Of a stretch of DNA of 64,000 bases, positions 1-10,085 are shown in pieces. The stretch covers positions 8,477 through 72,476 of the forward strand of contig JBHAFI010000148.1 in assembly GCA_041856045.1 (NCBI GenBank). Reading direction: 5' to 3'. The translations under genes and the position numbers were made by a program. How positions within the stretch are numbered: position 1 is the stretch's first letter; the number at the start of each line of letters is the position of its first letter. The DNA is from Porphyromonas sp. GTDB lineage: Bacteria; Bacteroidota; Bacteroidia; Bacteroidales; Porphyromonadaceae. The notes below the pieces were generated by a model. It ran no database searches, was not told the origin of the DNA, and saw only the letters and a program-made list of their open reading frames with translations.

Positions 1-720
1 AGCAGCGGCTGTTGCTTGTGTCGCAAGGGCTGTCAAGGCAGTAGGCACAGATTGCATAGTACCATTAAGATCGGCTTGTATGTTGCGAGCATAGCCGTAG
101 TAACTGTTGGTTGCATAAGCCGCACGTACACCAGCGTATACCGAGAGGTTGTCATTGACTCTATATGCTGCTCCTAGCGTAGCACCATATACGTACTGCT
201 TACCCTCAACAAAACTCTCATATTGATACTTAGTGGCTGGGATACCGGCTGCACTCAATGCACTAGGGAGTACCGATATAGGAGCCTCAAAGATAGGCAG
301 ACCACCTGCAAACTTGCCTCGTCCCCCTCCGCCGATAACGGCTGTATTAAGACCAAAGGTCCAGTCGCCAGTTTTATATGCAGCGAAGACACTAGGGATA
401 ATAGGAGCCTTGGCTCTGCCTTCAAACAAGCGAACGCCCTTAGGACTACGACCATCGGCATTGGTTGCAAAGGTTGGGAATGTAGCCTCGATGTCGCGAT
501 TTTGATAAGCACTCTGCAAGTTGAGTGATAAGTGCCAACCCTCCTTGAGGAAAGCCACCCCAGCAGGATTGCTGTAAAGAGCATCTATGCTGGTACTAGC
601 GTTACGAGCGGGATTTCTCAAGAATGAGACGTGCTGATTGGTGTTAGTAAGATAACCACCTGCTTGAGCCGTGGCAAGGCTAGCCACGAAGGCTAGTGAT
701 AGGTAAATCTGTTTCTTCAT
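1..720 (-). CDS. Outer-membrane transport protein, FadL/OmpP1/TodX-like (5' part only; gene runs off the left edge)
   Basis: Missing from the ORF track because its stop lies outside the window. My minus-strand translation from ATG 720-718 stays open through base 1 (240 codons): MKKQIYLSLAFVASLATAQAGGYLTNTNQHVSFLRNPARNASTSIDALYSNPAGVAFLKEGWHLSLNLQ... It has a signal peptide and a Gly/aromatic-rich barrel-like sequence resembling Bacteroidota FadL-type proteins. Confidence 0.65.
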   Translation of the reverse strand, partial: MKKQIYLSLAFVASLATAQAGGYLTNTNQHVSFLRNPARNASTSIDALYSNPAGVAFLKEGWHLSLNLQSAYQNRDIEATFPTFATNADGRSPKGVRLFEGRAKAPIIPSVFAAYKTGDWTFGLNTAVIGGGGRGKFAGGLPIFEAPISVLPSALSAAGIPATKYQYESFVEGKQYVYGATLGAAYRVNDNLSVYAGVRAAYATNSYYGYARNIQADLNGTMQSVPTALTALATQATAAA

Positions 721-994
721 ATTTTGTCTTTCTCCCTATTTAGGAATACATTCATTAGTTATTTTAGTGCAAATGTAGGGATAAATTATTACACACTTGT
801 GCAGGTGTTGTGCAGGTCTTCCGTGTAGACTTGTTGCTGATATGCTGTTATAGGGCTATGAGGCTAGGCGAGAGAGGTGCTGATAAGGGCGATACCTTGC
901 TCTTGTCTTATCCCTATGCAGTGTACTACGATATGCCCGTATCCGTATCATATTAGGCATATTATACCCTTGTGTATTAGGGCTATGCTGATAG

Positions 995-1031
995 CAAAAA
1001 GATACCCCAGCACTTAGTCTAAGTGCTGGGG
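995..1031 (-). terminator. Rho-independent terminator after panE
   Basis: 12-bp stem CCCCAGCACTTA/TAAGTGCTGGGG (1005-1031), followed on the minus strand by TCTTTTTG. Confidence 0.7.
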
Positions 1032-1078
1032 CATAGGTGTATATGGGCTTAGCCTCTAGGGAATAATGCCCGATTGTG

Positions 1079-2023
1079 CTAGGCTTGTGTTGCTTGCTCG
1101 CGTCTAAGCAAAGCCCTGTACATCTTGTCGTAGGTCGGGGTTGAGATCCCTAGGTCTTTGGCACGGTGCACAACGTAGCCCGTAAGGTTCTCTAGTTCTG
1201 TCTTTGAGCCATTCATAAAGTCTACGTGCATCGAACTCGTACTATCCGCAGGCATAATATGCTGACGCTTGATGGCTGCCTCGACAGCGTCCTCCTCTAG
1301 TTGATAACCCTCGGCAATGGATAGCCTACAAACCTCCTCGAGGAGTAGACGCATCTCTTCGGGGTGATTGAGGAGAGCCTGACCGACAGTCGAGTCGAAG
1401 TAAGAGGTTCCTGTCGCTGTCGCAGAGATCATGATAAACTTCTTACGTATGACGAGGGTAATATCCTCGGGATTGTGTGCATTCACCCCAGCACGAGTAA
1501 GGAGGTTGAGCAGTTCTGTCTCTTCTGCTCGGTAACTCGTAGAGAGTGAGCCAAAGAATAAACTCTCTCTGTCTGTCTCGAGTAGTACCTCACCAGCACT
1601 AGGCTTCCTTGCCGAGATGTAGGTGCAACCCTCCCACACCTCTGTCAAGGGTAGTAGGGAGCGTATTTGCTCCGAGATATTCGCTCCGTTGAGTAGAGGT
1701 AGGATAATGGTTCCCGTACCAATCATCGGCTTTAGTGCCTCAATGTTGCTTAGGAGGTCATAACTTTTCGTCGCAATGATGATCAAGTCGGCAACACCTA
1801 TGTCACTAGGATTATCACTTACCGAGCAGGGTCTAGTATAGAGATCTCTCGTTGGGGTAGTGAGATGCAGACCTCGCTCTCGGATAAGCCTAAGGTGCTC
1901 ACCACGTGCAATGAAGTGTACCTCTCTACCTAGACCTTCTTGCTGTGCAAACTGGTTGAGCATGGTGCCGTAGTAACCTCCTACGCCACCAAGACCCGAG
2001 ATAACGATCTTTTTTAACCTCAT
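1079..2023 (-). CDS. panE: 2-dehydropantoate 2-reductase (ketopantoate reductase, PanE/ApbA family)
   Basis: ORF 1079..2065. I moved the start to ATG 2023 (MRLKKIVISGLGGVGGYYG, an N-terminal GxGxxG Rossmann motif). The C-terminal STSSMHVDFMNGSKTELENLTGYVV segment is typical of the family. Confidence 0.8.
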   Translation of the reverse strand: MRLKKIVISGLGGVGGYYGTMLNQFAQQEGLGREVHFIARGEHLRLIRERGLHLTTPTRDLYTRPCSVSDNPSDIGVADLIIIATKSYDLLSNIEALKPMIGTGTIILPLLNGANISEQIRSLLPLTEVWEGCTYISARKPSAGEVLLETDRESLFFGSLSTSYRAEETELLNLLTRAGVNAHNPEDITLVIRKKFIMISATATGTSYFDSTVGQALLNHPEEMRLLLEEVCRLSIAEGYQLEEDAVEAAIKRQHIMPADSTSSMHVDFMNGSKTELENLTGYVVHRAKDLGISTPTYDKMYRALLRREQATQA

Positions 2024-2037
2024 AATGTGTGTGTATT

Positions 2038-2178
2038 TTATTTTTTCCCTCCACAGGCTTTGCAACCACCGCAGGTATTGGCATCATCTTTGGGGTAGAA
2101 TAGCCTCCAAAGACGATGTACTACGCTAGCGATACAGGCAATGCCAATGAGGATAACAATGATATACTGCCAATTCAT
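2038..2178 (-). CDS. FeoB-associated Cys-rich small membrane protein
   Basis: Lies inside ORF 2038..2232. The likely start is ATG 2178, giving MNWQYIIVILIGIACIASVVHRLWRLFYPKDDANTCGGCKACGGKK: one TM helix plus a C-terminal CGGCxxCGG. There is an ATGA start/stop overlap with feoB. Confidence 0.7.
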   Translation of the reverse strand: MNWQYIIVILIGIACIASVVHRLWRLFYPKDDANTCGGCKACGGKK

Positions 2179-4712
2179 AGACGGGACCCAATCTGATAGA
2201 CAAGCAAGGCTATAAGCCAAGCCAAAGAGCAAGAATAGATAATACTAAATATCCCCCAACGCCACGAACCAGACTCTCGTGCAATGGCTATTATCGTAGC
2301 GACACAAGGGAAATAAATAAGAACAAAGAGCATAAACCCGAAGCCAACCAAAGGTGTAAAACTAGGGCTACCATCGGCTCTCTTCTCTGCGGCGATACGC
2401 GTACTCAACTTTTGGACGGCTGTATCGCTATCGTCACCATCACCCGTATAGATAACACCGAGGGTACTGACGACAACCTCCTTGGCAGCAAGACCCGACA
2501 AGAGGCTTATGCCCATCTTCCAGTCGAAGCCTAGAGGAGCAATAATTGGCTCTACGCTCTTACCCATACGTCCGATCCAACTATTCTCTTGGTGGTATTG
2601 GTTGTATTGATACTTTAGGCTTGCGATAGAGTCTTGCTTAGCCTCTGCTGTGAGCGTTGTATTCTTTTGTACAACCTCGATTTGCTGCTCCATAGCGACC
2701 TGTGCCTCTTCTTGTCTAGGGAAGTAGCCTAGACCCCATATAATGATTGAGGCTAGTAGGATAACGGTACCCATCTTATGGAGATATTGCTCTGCACGAG
2801 TCCACATATGGCGGAGTATGGCTCTTGATGTTGGCATACGATAGGGGGGGAGTTCCATCACAAATGGTATATCCTCGCCCTTGAAGTGCGTAGCACGCAG
2901 TACACGAGCACTGATGATCGCAATACCTACTCCTATAATATATAGAGCAAATAGGACTAAGCCTGCCTTATCTGCAAACAAGGCTCCTGCAAGCAGGAGG
3001 TAAACTGGTAGGCGAGCCGAGCAACTCATAAAGGGGAGTACAAGCATCGTTATGATACGGCTCTTACGGCTCTCGATCGTGCGTGTCGCCATTACGGCTG
3101 GTACGTTACAACCAAAGCCCATGATAAGGGGGATAAAACTCTTACCATGTAGACCCATACGATGCATTAGTTTATCCATAATGAATGCCGCACGAGCCAT
3201 ATAACCCGTATCCTCAAACATAGAGATAAAGAAGTACAAGATGAGGATATTAGGGAGGAAGACGACCACACCACCCACACCAGCGATGATCCCATCAACA
3301 ATTAGGTCTTTGAGAGGCCCGTCACTCATCTGTGTACTTACCCAACTACCCAACCACTTGACAGCAGCATCTATCCAATCCATCGGATAGGCCCCTAGTG
3401 TAAAGGTGGCTTCAAACATCAGGTACATCAAGAATAAGAATATCGGGAACCCTAGATAGCGGTGTGTAACCCAGTGGTCGATCTTGTCGGTAAGGCTATC
3501 CTCGCGAGTATTGCGTCTTTTGTAGGTCTCTCGTAATGCTCCTGCAATGTATCCGTAGCGTGCATCGGTCATTAACTCCTCGGTGTCTGCACCGTTAAGT
3601 TCCTCTGCGAGTCGCTTGAGTTCGTAGTCGCGGGCGGAGATAATAAAGGCCCCCTTGCTATATCTATCCATCAACTGATGGGCGATGTCATTATCTCGCT
3701 CCATCAACTTCACAGCAATGTGTCTAGCCTCGATCGTTGAGGTAATAGCCAAGTGCAACTGTATCTTCTCCACAAGCGTAGCAATAGACTCCTCTATCGA
3801 GTGACCGTAGTAAACGCTAAGGGGTCTTATTTTGCCCGTCTCGGGGTGTAGTAAGGCTTCGTCTTCGTTCTGAATGCCTTCCCATACCTCGATCAATTCG
3901 CTAAACAAAGCGTGTAAGCCTAGGCCTGTACGGCAAATGGTAGGGATCATCGGTATCCCTAGGAGGCGAGATAAACGAGGATAGTTGAGGTACTCCTTAC
4001 GCTCAGAGAACTCATCAAACATATTCAAGGCTGCTACTACGGGTACTCCTAGTTCCTTGACTTGTATGGTGAGATATAAGTTACGCTCGAGGTTGGTCGT
4101 ATCTAGGACATTAAGGACGATGTCGGGACGTTCTGCTCCTGTGAGGTAGTTACGTATATATACTTCCTCAGGGCTGTATGGAGATAGAGAGTAAGCCCCG
4201 GGAAGGTCGATAAGTTCTATGCGATAATCCCCGAAGTTGATGTAGCCGACCTTTCGCTCGACGGTAACACCGCTATAATTACCAACGTGTTCGTTGGCTC
4301 CACTCGCTTGGTTAAAGAGAGATGTCTTGCCACAGTTGGGATTACCGACAAGTGCTACTCGTAGGCGTTTACTAGGGTGTTTGATCTGCTCTTTGTTGTC
4401 TATCGGACGCAAAGACTCTTGACTAGGACAAGGCAACTCGTCAAGTTTAGGCTCTTGTATTGTGTCTGTTGGTACTATGTCGATAGCAGATAAGGGGCGT
4501 ACCTCTATAAGTTCTGCATCGGCACGTCGCAGAGAGACGTCGTAGCCTAATATACGATAGTGTATAGGGTCCGCCATAGGCGCTCCTTGTATTACGGTAA
4601 CTTCCTTACCATGTACAAAGCCCATTTCTAGTATTCGTTTGCGGAACTGTCCAGTACCATTGACGTGGACGATTACCGCTTTTTCTCCAATTTTGAGTTC
4701 TGAGAGGTTCAT
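2175..4712 (-). CDS. feoB: Ferrous iron transporter, FeoA-FeoB fusion
   Basis: ORF 2175..4757. An N-terminal FeoA-like domain (MNLSELKIGEKAVIVHV...) is followed by the G-domain P-loop GNPNCGKTSLFN and a long polytopic membrane domain. I prefer ATG 4712, because a start at 4757 would overlap the upstream gene. Confidence 0.9.
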   Translation of the reverse strand: MNLSELKIGEKAVIVHVNGTGQFRKRILEMGFVHGKEVTVIQGAPMADPIHYRILGYDVSLRRADAELIEVRPLSAIDIVPTDTIQEPKLDELPCPSQESLRPIDNKEQIKHPSKRLRVALVGNPNCGKTSLFNQASGANEHVGNYSGVTVERKVGYINFGDYRIELIDLPGAYSLSPYSPEEVYIRNYLTGAERPDIVLNVLDTTNLERNLYLTIQVKELGVPVVAALNMFDEFSERKEYLNYPRLSRLLGIPMIPTICRTGLGLHALFSELIEVWEGIQNEDEALLHPETGKIRPLSVYYGHSIEESIATLVEKIQLHLAITSTIEARHIAVKLMERDNDIAHQLMDRYSKGAFIISARDYELKRLAEELNGADTEELMTDARYGYIAGALRETYKRRNTREDSLTDKIDHWVTHRYLGFPIFLFLMYLMFEATFTLGAYPMDWIDAAVKWLGSWVSTQMSDGPLKDLIVDGIIAGVGGVVVFLPNILILYFFISMFEDTGYMARAAFIMDKLMHRMGLHGKSFIPLIMGFGCNVPAVMATRTIESRKSRIITMLVLPFMSCSARLPVYLLLAGALFADKAGLVLFALYIIGVGIAIISARVLRATHFKGEDIPFVMELPPYRMPTSRAILRHMWTRAEQYLHKMGTVILLASIIIWGLGYFPRQEEAQVAMEQQIEVVQKNTTLTAEAKQDSIASLKYQYNQYHQENSWIGRMGKSVEPIIAPLGFDWKMGISLLSGLAAKEVVVSTLGVIYTGDGDDSDTAVQKLSTRIAAEKRADGSPSFTPLVGFGFMLFVLIYFPCVATIIAIARESGSWRWGIFSIIYSCSLAWLIALLVYQIGSRL

Positions 4713-4746
4713 TGAGAAAGTATATTTTGTGCGTGTAGGATCTTGT

Positions 4747-5469
4747 TTATTGATCAAAAAATTCTATTACACCCGTCGAGACGGCATAGAATGCACCACG
4801 TATCATAAGTTGACCATCGGCTTCTAATTGCCTGAGAGTAGGGCTTGCTCGACGTATCTGTTGTAGGCTGTGCCTTATGTTCCATACGGCTACGTTGTGG
4901 GTGTAATCGTAGTTCTCTGGCAGATGCTCTGTCCCGTCGCCCTCACAATTACATATCGCGGGTTTGATTTTGTCGAGGAGCCCTGTTAGTAGACCCAACT
5001 CTACCCCCTGTATCGCACCCTTGATGGCTCCACAGTTCTCGTGACCTAGTACAAGTATGAGTTTGGCGCCTGCTACTGCACAAGCATATTCCATACTAGC
5101 GATCATATCGTCAGTAGCATAGTTGCCAGCGACACGACCTACGAATATATCCCCGATACCTTGGTCAAATATATCCTCAACAGGTACACGACTGTCAATA
5201 CAACTAAGTACAAAGGCCTTGGGATATTGCGAACTGTAACTGCAACGTATTGCTGCCGAGTGATCTCGTACTGTGTATTCACCTCGGCTGAAGCGTTCGT
5301 TCCCTGCGATGAGGTCGTCAAGCACCATCTGTGGCGTATAACGGGCTTGCTCCTCTGCCGTCATAAAGTGTACGGGGTGGTAGTTGAGTGCTTCGTGATG
5401 AAAGAGATTACGCAGAGGATTACGTAGTCGCTCAAGAATGTTGTGTAGTAATTGTCTGAGGTCAATCAT
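4747..5469 (-). CDS. Beta-class carbonic anhydrase
   Basis: ORF track. Carries the SCIDSRVP and HENCGAIKGA zinc-ligand motifs. Confidence 0.85.
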   Translation of the reverse strand: MIDLRQLLHNILERLRNPLRNLFHHEALNYHPVHFMTAEEQARYTPQMVLDDLIAGNERFSRGEYTVRDHSAAIRCSYSSQYPKAFVLSCIDSRVPVEDIFDQGIGDIFVGRVAGNYATDDMIASMEYACAVAGAKLILVLGHENCGAIKGAIQGVELGLLTGLLDKIKPAICNCEGDGTEHLPENYDYTHNVAVWNIRHSLQQIRRASPTLRQLEADGQLMIRGAFYAVSTGVIEFFDQ

Positions 5470-5485
5470 TCGTAAACAAGAGGCC

Positions 5486-6193
5486 TTAGTCTATCGTCTG
5501 ATCTGTATATAGCAGAATATCACTACGCATCTCGTTGAAGTAAGACGAGGGATATATTTTTGACTCGGGCAGGTGCTGTGCTATCTGACGGAGTATCTCA
5601 CGTTTCCCTGCTCCTACGGTATGGAAAGCCACTTCGCGAGCAGCCAAAATAGTCTGTCCCGTAAGGCAGATACGATTTTGTCCGTTGGGGTGCTGGGCTA
5701 CGACATAAGGCGTACGCTCCAAGAGCCAATGCATTTGGTGGGGGAAGATTGACGAGGTATGTCCATCATCACCAATACCGAGGAGTATAAGGTCAAATAC
5801 GGGTAGACCGGCTTCGTTGTGACTAAGGTTACGCTCTACAAGGCTTGTGTACGCTTGGGCTTCTTCTTGAGGATCGTTCTCTCCTTTGATACGATAGATA
5901 TGCTCTGGTAGGAGAGGAAGCGTGTCTAGCCCTAGAGCCTGCACGGTCATTCCGTAGTTACTTTGCTCATCGCTAGGAGGGACGCAACGCTCATCTACCC
6001 AGTATAGGCGGAGGTTCTCCCAGTGTAGCGTATCTCTGTATTCGGGGCTTGCCATGAGTTCGAATAGCAGGCGAGGTGTGCTCCCACCCGAGACGGCTAG
6101 CGAACATATTCCAGCAGATAGTTTGGGTGCAATAAGTTCGGTGATGACAGCGATTGCTGTCGCTTGAGGATTACTAAAACTACGTATTATCAT
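5486..6193 (-). CDS. pgl: 6-phosphogluconolactonase
   Basis: SGGSTP and LLGIGDDGHTSSIFP motifs. Sits in a cluster with zwf and gnd. Confidence 0.85.
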   Translation of the reverse strand: MIIRSFSNPQATAIAVITELIAPKLSAGICSLAVSGGSTPRLLFELMASPEYRDTLHWENLRLYWVDERCVPPSDEQSNYGMTVQALGLDTLPLLPEHIYRIKGENDPQEEAQAYTSLVERNLSHNEAGLPVFDLILLGIGDDGHTSSIFPHQMHWLLERTPYVVAQHPNGQNRICLTGQTILAAREVAFHTVGAGKREILRQIAQHLPESKIYPSSYFNEMRSDILLYTDQTID

Positions 6194-6196
6194 TAT

Positions 6197-6595
6197 CTAG
6201 GTCTTTCGTTTGATTAGGAGGTAGAGGTATATCAGACTAGTGCCAAGGCATACTCCTAGAGTATTGGCACCAAGGTCGTACAGGTCACCTCGTCTTCTTG
6301 GTATAAGAACTCCTTGGGCTACCTCTAGTACGATAGCAAGGAGTAATAAGATGGCGAGAGGCTTCCAAAGGCGTCCTTTGTGCCACGATTGCCAATACTT
6401 ACGGATATATTCACCATAGACGAGGAGCGATAGACCGCAGAAGAGTAGGCTGTGGATTACCTTATCTGCTCCGCGGATACGCTCAAAAGGCGAACGCATA
6501 CTAGGGGATAAGCACAGTATAAGTACAAATATCCCCGTAGTAAGCATCAGTTTATAGTCCCACAGATAGCGAGAGATCGTATTGCGTCTGCTCAT
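6197..6595 (-). CDS. VanZ-like small membrane protein
   Basis: 132 aa with several hydrophobic segments and an ADKVIHSLLFCGL motif resembling the VanZ family. This is a family-level call only. Confidence 0.5.
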   Translation of the reverse strand: MSRRNTISRYLWDYKLMLTTGIFVLILCLSPSMRSPFERIRGADKVIHSLLFCGLSLLVYGEYIRKYWQSWHKGRLWKPLAILLLLAIVLEVAQGVLIPRRRGDLYDLGANTLGVCLGTSLIYLYLLIKRKT

Positions 6596-6618
6596 GGCTG
6601 ATGGGCTTTGAGTAGAAC

Positions 6619-8205
6619 CTACAACTCGCAGTAGAGGTCACTATTCGTTAGGTTCTTACAAGGGTTGGTCCATGTATGTCCGTCGGCAAAGATGTTATCA
6701 CTTTGCTTAGGTCCCCAAGTACCAGCAGGGTAGCCGTAAAGGGGGAAATCGTCGGCTTCCCATGCTTTGAGGATAGGGTCAAAGAACCTCCAACTCATCT
6801 CTACAGCATCACTACGCGTAAAGAGTGTGGAGTCACCGATCATACTGTCCTCGAGCAGACGAGAGTAGGCATCACCAGAGGCAAGCCCCCCTAATTGATC
6901 GTAGGTGAAGTTCATTTGTACCTTCTTAACCTCAAACCCAGATCCCGGTACTTTTGCTCCAAACTTGAGTACAATACCCTCATCTGGTTGTATGCGTATA
7001 ACCAGTTGATTGGGAATAGTGCGTCCGTCCGCATCGGCAAACATTTTATGAGGAGTAGGCTTGAAGTGAATAACAATCTCCGTCACTTTGGTAGGCATCA
7101 TCTTGCCCGAACGTACATAAAAGGGAACGCCGTGCCAACGCCAGTTGTCTACGAAAAGTTTCATTCCGAAGAATGTCTCGGTACGACTCTCGGGATTAAC
7201 CTTGTCCTCCTCACGATAGGCACGATGATGCTCGCCCTTCCATTCGCTCTCGGTGTACTGCCCTCGTATTACTTGGTGGCGAATATCCTCGTCATTCATC
7301 GGGCGGAAAGATTGATAAACCTTTACGACCTCATTGCGGAAGTGATCTGCATTAAACTGTACCGGTGGCTCCATAGCCACAAGTGCGAGGAGTTGTGATA
7401 GGTGGTTCTGCACCATATCACGCATAGCACCCGTCTGATCATAAAAACCACCACGGCTCTCCACGCCCATATTCTCCACAGCCGATATCTCCACTCTGTC
7501 GATATAATTGCGGTTCCATAGAGGCTCAAATATACCATTGGCAAAGCGTAATGCCATAATATCTTGGACTGTTTCTTTTCCCAAGAAGTGGTCAATACGA
7601 TATAGTTGATGCTCTTGGAAGCAATCTTGGTATATCTCATTAAGATCGCGTGCCGTCTTAAGGTCTGTACCAAAAGGCTTCTCTATGATAATACGACGGA
7701 TAGGGCGTGGTACGCCATCTTCGCCTCGATGAGCGTCTAGGCGGCAACGCCCGTTGTCGCACTCTTCTCTATTCAAGCCAACACTTTTGAGGTGTTGGGG
7801 TACCAAGCCATATAGTGAGGGAGGTGTAGAGAGGTAGTAGATATAGTTCGAGGGATTATCTATTACCTCGTCCAGTTCCTCTAGTCTTGCCTTTAGTTTT
7901 GGATATTCGCTCTCGATTGCAGGGTCCATTGAGAGGTAGTAAACATAGTCGAGGAATTGCTCGGCTAGTGAAGTACTATACTCTCCATCGGCAAGATACC
8001 GCTGTAAATTCTCATTGAGGTGAGGGCGGAAGTCGCTATCGCTGTACGCTGTACGTCCTACCCCCAAGACAGCAAATCGCTCGGGGAGTTTGCCCTGCTT
8101 AAAGAGTTGATATAGCGAGGGGATTAGTTTTCGCTTTGTGAGGTCACCCGATGCCCCGAATATAACTAGTACGAGGCTCTTGGGCTTTTGTGGGCTTTTG
8201 TTCAT
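6619..8205 (-). CDS. zwf: Glucose-6-phosphate dehydrogenase
   Basis: IFGASGDLTKRKL dinucleotide site and the RIDHFLGKE active-site motif. 528 aa. Confidence 0.95.
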   Translation of the reverse strand: MNKSPQKPKSLVLVIFGASGDLTKRKLIPSLYQLFKQGKLPERFAVLGVGRTAYSDSDFRPHLNENLQRYLADGEYSTSLAEQFLDYVYYLSMDPAIESEYPKLKARLEELDEVIDNPSNYIYYLSTPPSLYGLVPQHLKSVGLNREECDNGRCRLDAHRGEDGVPRPIRRIIIEKPFGTDLKTARDLNEIYQDCFQEHQLYRIDHFLGKETVQDIMALRFANGIFEPLWNRNYIDRVEISAVENMGVESRGGFYDQTGAMRDMVQNHLSQLLALVAMEPPVQFNADHFRNEVVKVYQSFRPMNDEDIRHQVIRGQYTESEWKGEHHRAYREEDKVNPESRTETFFGMKLFVDNWRWHGVPFYVRSGKMMPTKVTEIVIHFKPTPHKMFADADGRTIPNQLVIRIQPDEGIVLKFGAKVPGSGFEVKKVQMNFTYDQLGGLASGDAYSRLLEDSMIGDSTLFTRSDAVEMSWRFFDPILKAWEADDFPLYGYPAGTWGPKQSDNIFADGHTWTNPCKNLTNSDLYCEL

Positions 8206-8223
8206 ATCGTTGTACCTCTTACG

Positions 8224-9684
8224 CTAAACATTATAAGTCGTAGACGAAGTATTACCGCCGTGTCCTGTCCAGTTCTCGTGGAAGAACTCTCCTCTAGGAC
8301 GATCTACACGCTCAAATGTATGAGCACCAAAGTAGTCACGCTGTGCTTGGAGCATATTGGCAGGTAGACGCTCTGTCGTAAGCGAATAGAAGTAGTTGAG
8401 TGCAGTAGCAAAGGCTTGGACGGGTACACCTGCAAGGCTCGCCTTGGCTACGATACTACGCCACGCTGGTAGCGCTGTTTGTATCTCGTTTTTGAAGTAT
8501 TCGTCAAGGAGCAAATGCTTCAACTCGCCATTACGCTCATAGGCTGTTGCTATTTGCTCTAGGAAAGCCGAGCGAATAATGCAACCACCACGCCATAGAC
8601 GAGCGATAGATGCCAAGTTTAGTCCCCAACCGCGTTCCTTTGAGGCTTGTTGCATCAAGCCGAAGCCTTGGGCATAACTGACAAGTTTACTAGCATAGAG
8701 GCTATCGTGTAGTTGATCTACGAGTTCTTTGCTCTCACCCTCGAGGCGTACTGTACGGCCAAAAGCCTCGGCGGCTACCACACGTAGGTCTTTGCTTGCC
8801 GATAGACTACGCTCGTATACAGCGGCAGAGATGAGGTTGAGTGGTGTACCATACTCAAGAGAGTTTATAACGCTCCACTTACCTGTACCTTTTTGACCGG
8901 CAGTGTCTAGTATTAGATCTATGAGGTATTTGCCCTCGCTATTCTTGTAGGCTAATATCTCGGCACTGATCTCGATGAGGTAACTATTGAGTTTGCCAGC
9001 ATTCCATTGAGCGAGGACTGCACTCATCTCGTCATTGCTGAGGCTACCCGTTTCCTTCATCATACCATAAGCCTCCGAGATAAGTTGCATATCACCGTAC
9101 TCGATGCCATTGTGTACCATCTTGACGAAGTGGCCCGAGCCTCCGCCACCGACCCAACTACAGCAAGGAGCACCATCACTAGCCTTGGCTGCAATCTTTG
9201 TAAAGATCGGCTTGATATGCTCCCAAGCCTCTACTGCACCGCCGGGCATAATCGCAGGACCATTTAATGCTCCCTCTTCTCCGCCAGAGACGCCAGCCCC
9301 AACAAAGTAAATACCACGCTCACGTAGATAAGCCTCACGACGCTCGCTATCCTCCCAATTGCTGTTACCACCATCAATGACAATATCACCAGCCTCAAGG
9401 TAAGGGAGCAAGCCCTCAATCACAAGATCCACGGGTTTGCCGGCGCGTATCATCATCATGATCTTGCGTGGGCGTTCGATAGACTCGACAAAAGCCTTAA
9501 GATCGGTATATCCCTCGAAGTTCTTGCCAGCACCACGTCCCTCAATAAAATTCTTCACTACATTGGCTTCTGCACCCTCTGCTCGGTTGTACACCGCGAC
9601 GCGGAAACCATTACGTTCCATATTAAGGGCTAGATTTTCGCCCATTACGGCTAGGCCAATCAGCCCGATATTCGTCTTACTCAT
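8224..9684 (-). CDS. gnd: 6-phosphogluconate dehydrogenase (decarboxylating)
   Basis: IGLIGLAVMGENLALN Rossmann motif. Full-length 486-aa Gnd-like sequence. Confidence 0.95.
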   Translation of the reverse strand: MSKTNIGLIGLAVMGENLALNMERNGFRVAVYNRAEGAEANVVKNFIEGRGAGKNFEGYTDLKAFVESIERPRKIMMMIRAGKPVDLVIEGLLPYLEAGDIVIDGGNSNWEDSERREAYLRERGIYFVGAGVSGGEEGALNGPAIMPGGAVEAWEHIKPIFTKIAAKASDGAPCCSWVGGGGSGHFVKMVHNGIEYGDMQLISEAYGMMKETGSLSNDEMSAVLAQWNAGKLNSYLIEISAEILAYKNSEGKYLIDLILDTAGQKGTGKWSVINSLEYGTPLNLISAAVYERSLSASKDLRVVAAEAFGRTVRLEGESKELVDQLHDSLYASKLVSYAQGFGLMQQASKERGWGLNLASIARLWRGGCIIRSAFLEQIATAYERNGELKHLLLDEYFKNEIQTALPAWRSIVAKASLAGVPVQAFATALNYFYSLTTERLPANMLQAQRDYFGAHTFERVDRPRGEFFHENWTGHGGNTSSTTYNV

Positions 9685-9725
9685 ATTTGGATATAAATTG
9701 TTTTGTTCATTATCTAATATAACCC

Positions 9726-9733
9726 CAAAGATA
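9726..9733 (-). promoter_or_regulatory. -7 box TATCTTTG for gnd
   Basis: Reverse complement of CAAAGATA, 42 bp upstream of ATG 9684. A second identical box lies at 9826-9833. Confidence 0.45.
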
Positions 9734-10085
9734 GGTTACTTGTTTGCTCCTCAACAATAGCCCGTATCAATAGTAGGCTAAAGGGGAATAAAGGTTCGCT
9801 TGATCAGTGAAATCCCCCTTCTTTGCAAAGATACGAAGTAAGAACGTGCTAGCGAGTGGAATATCATATTTAAGTACCTTACTATTGATCGTATAGATCG
9901 TGGAGGCTGGTCTATCTAGCGTACTCGGTGGTCGGGCTTGCTGTACGAGGGCTTTGTCGTGGATTGCTTTGTCCTGCCAATCGGATCTTTGCTTGTATTG
10001 TTTTGCTTGTGTCTATATCGCGTTTTGCTGTGTTGTGTCGCCCGATCTTGATACCCTAATTCGTTGAGTCGATGAGGCACTTGAT

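Noticed and set aside
223-584. ORFs 223..528, 233..505 and 255..584
   Set aside because: All overlap the long open minus-strand frame (1..720), which has a signal peptide and a barrel-like sequence. They are shadow frames.
2179-2232. Longer N-terminus for the small Cys-rich protein. Also longer track starts for panE (2065), feoB (4757), lrp (44103), MBL (38110), panC (54848, TTG) and the amylase (61582)
   Set aside because: Internal ATGs give canonical N-termini such as a Rossmann motif, a signal peptide or a family-typical start. They also remove overlaps with neighbouring genes. The extensions use upstream or alternative start codons only because the track reports maximal ORFs.
6676-7673. 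ORFs 6676..6894, 6895..7398 and 7323..7673 that overlap zwf on the antisense strand or in alternative frames
   Set aside because: They are shadow ORFs inside a confidently identified gene. The same reasoning applies to other ORFs embedded in confidently called genes, whether antisense or in another frame. Examples are 9007..9310, 11835..12423, 18511..20553, 21943..22530, 28086..28388, 28997..29795, 32058..33937, 41520..42106, 47400..48018, 54917..56066 and 60297..61306.
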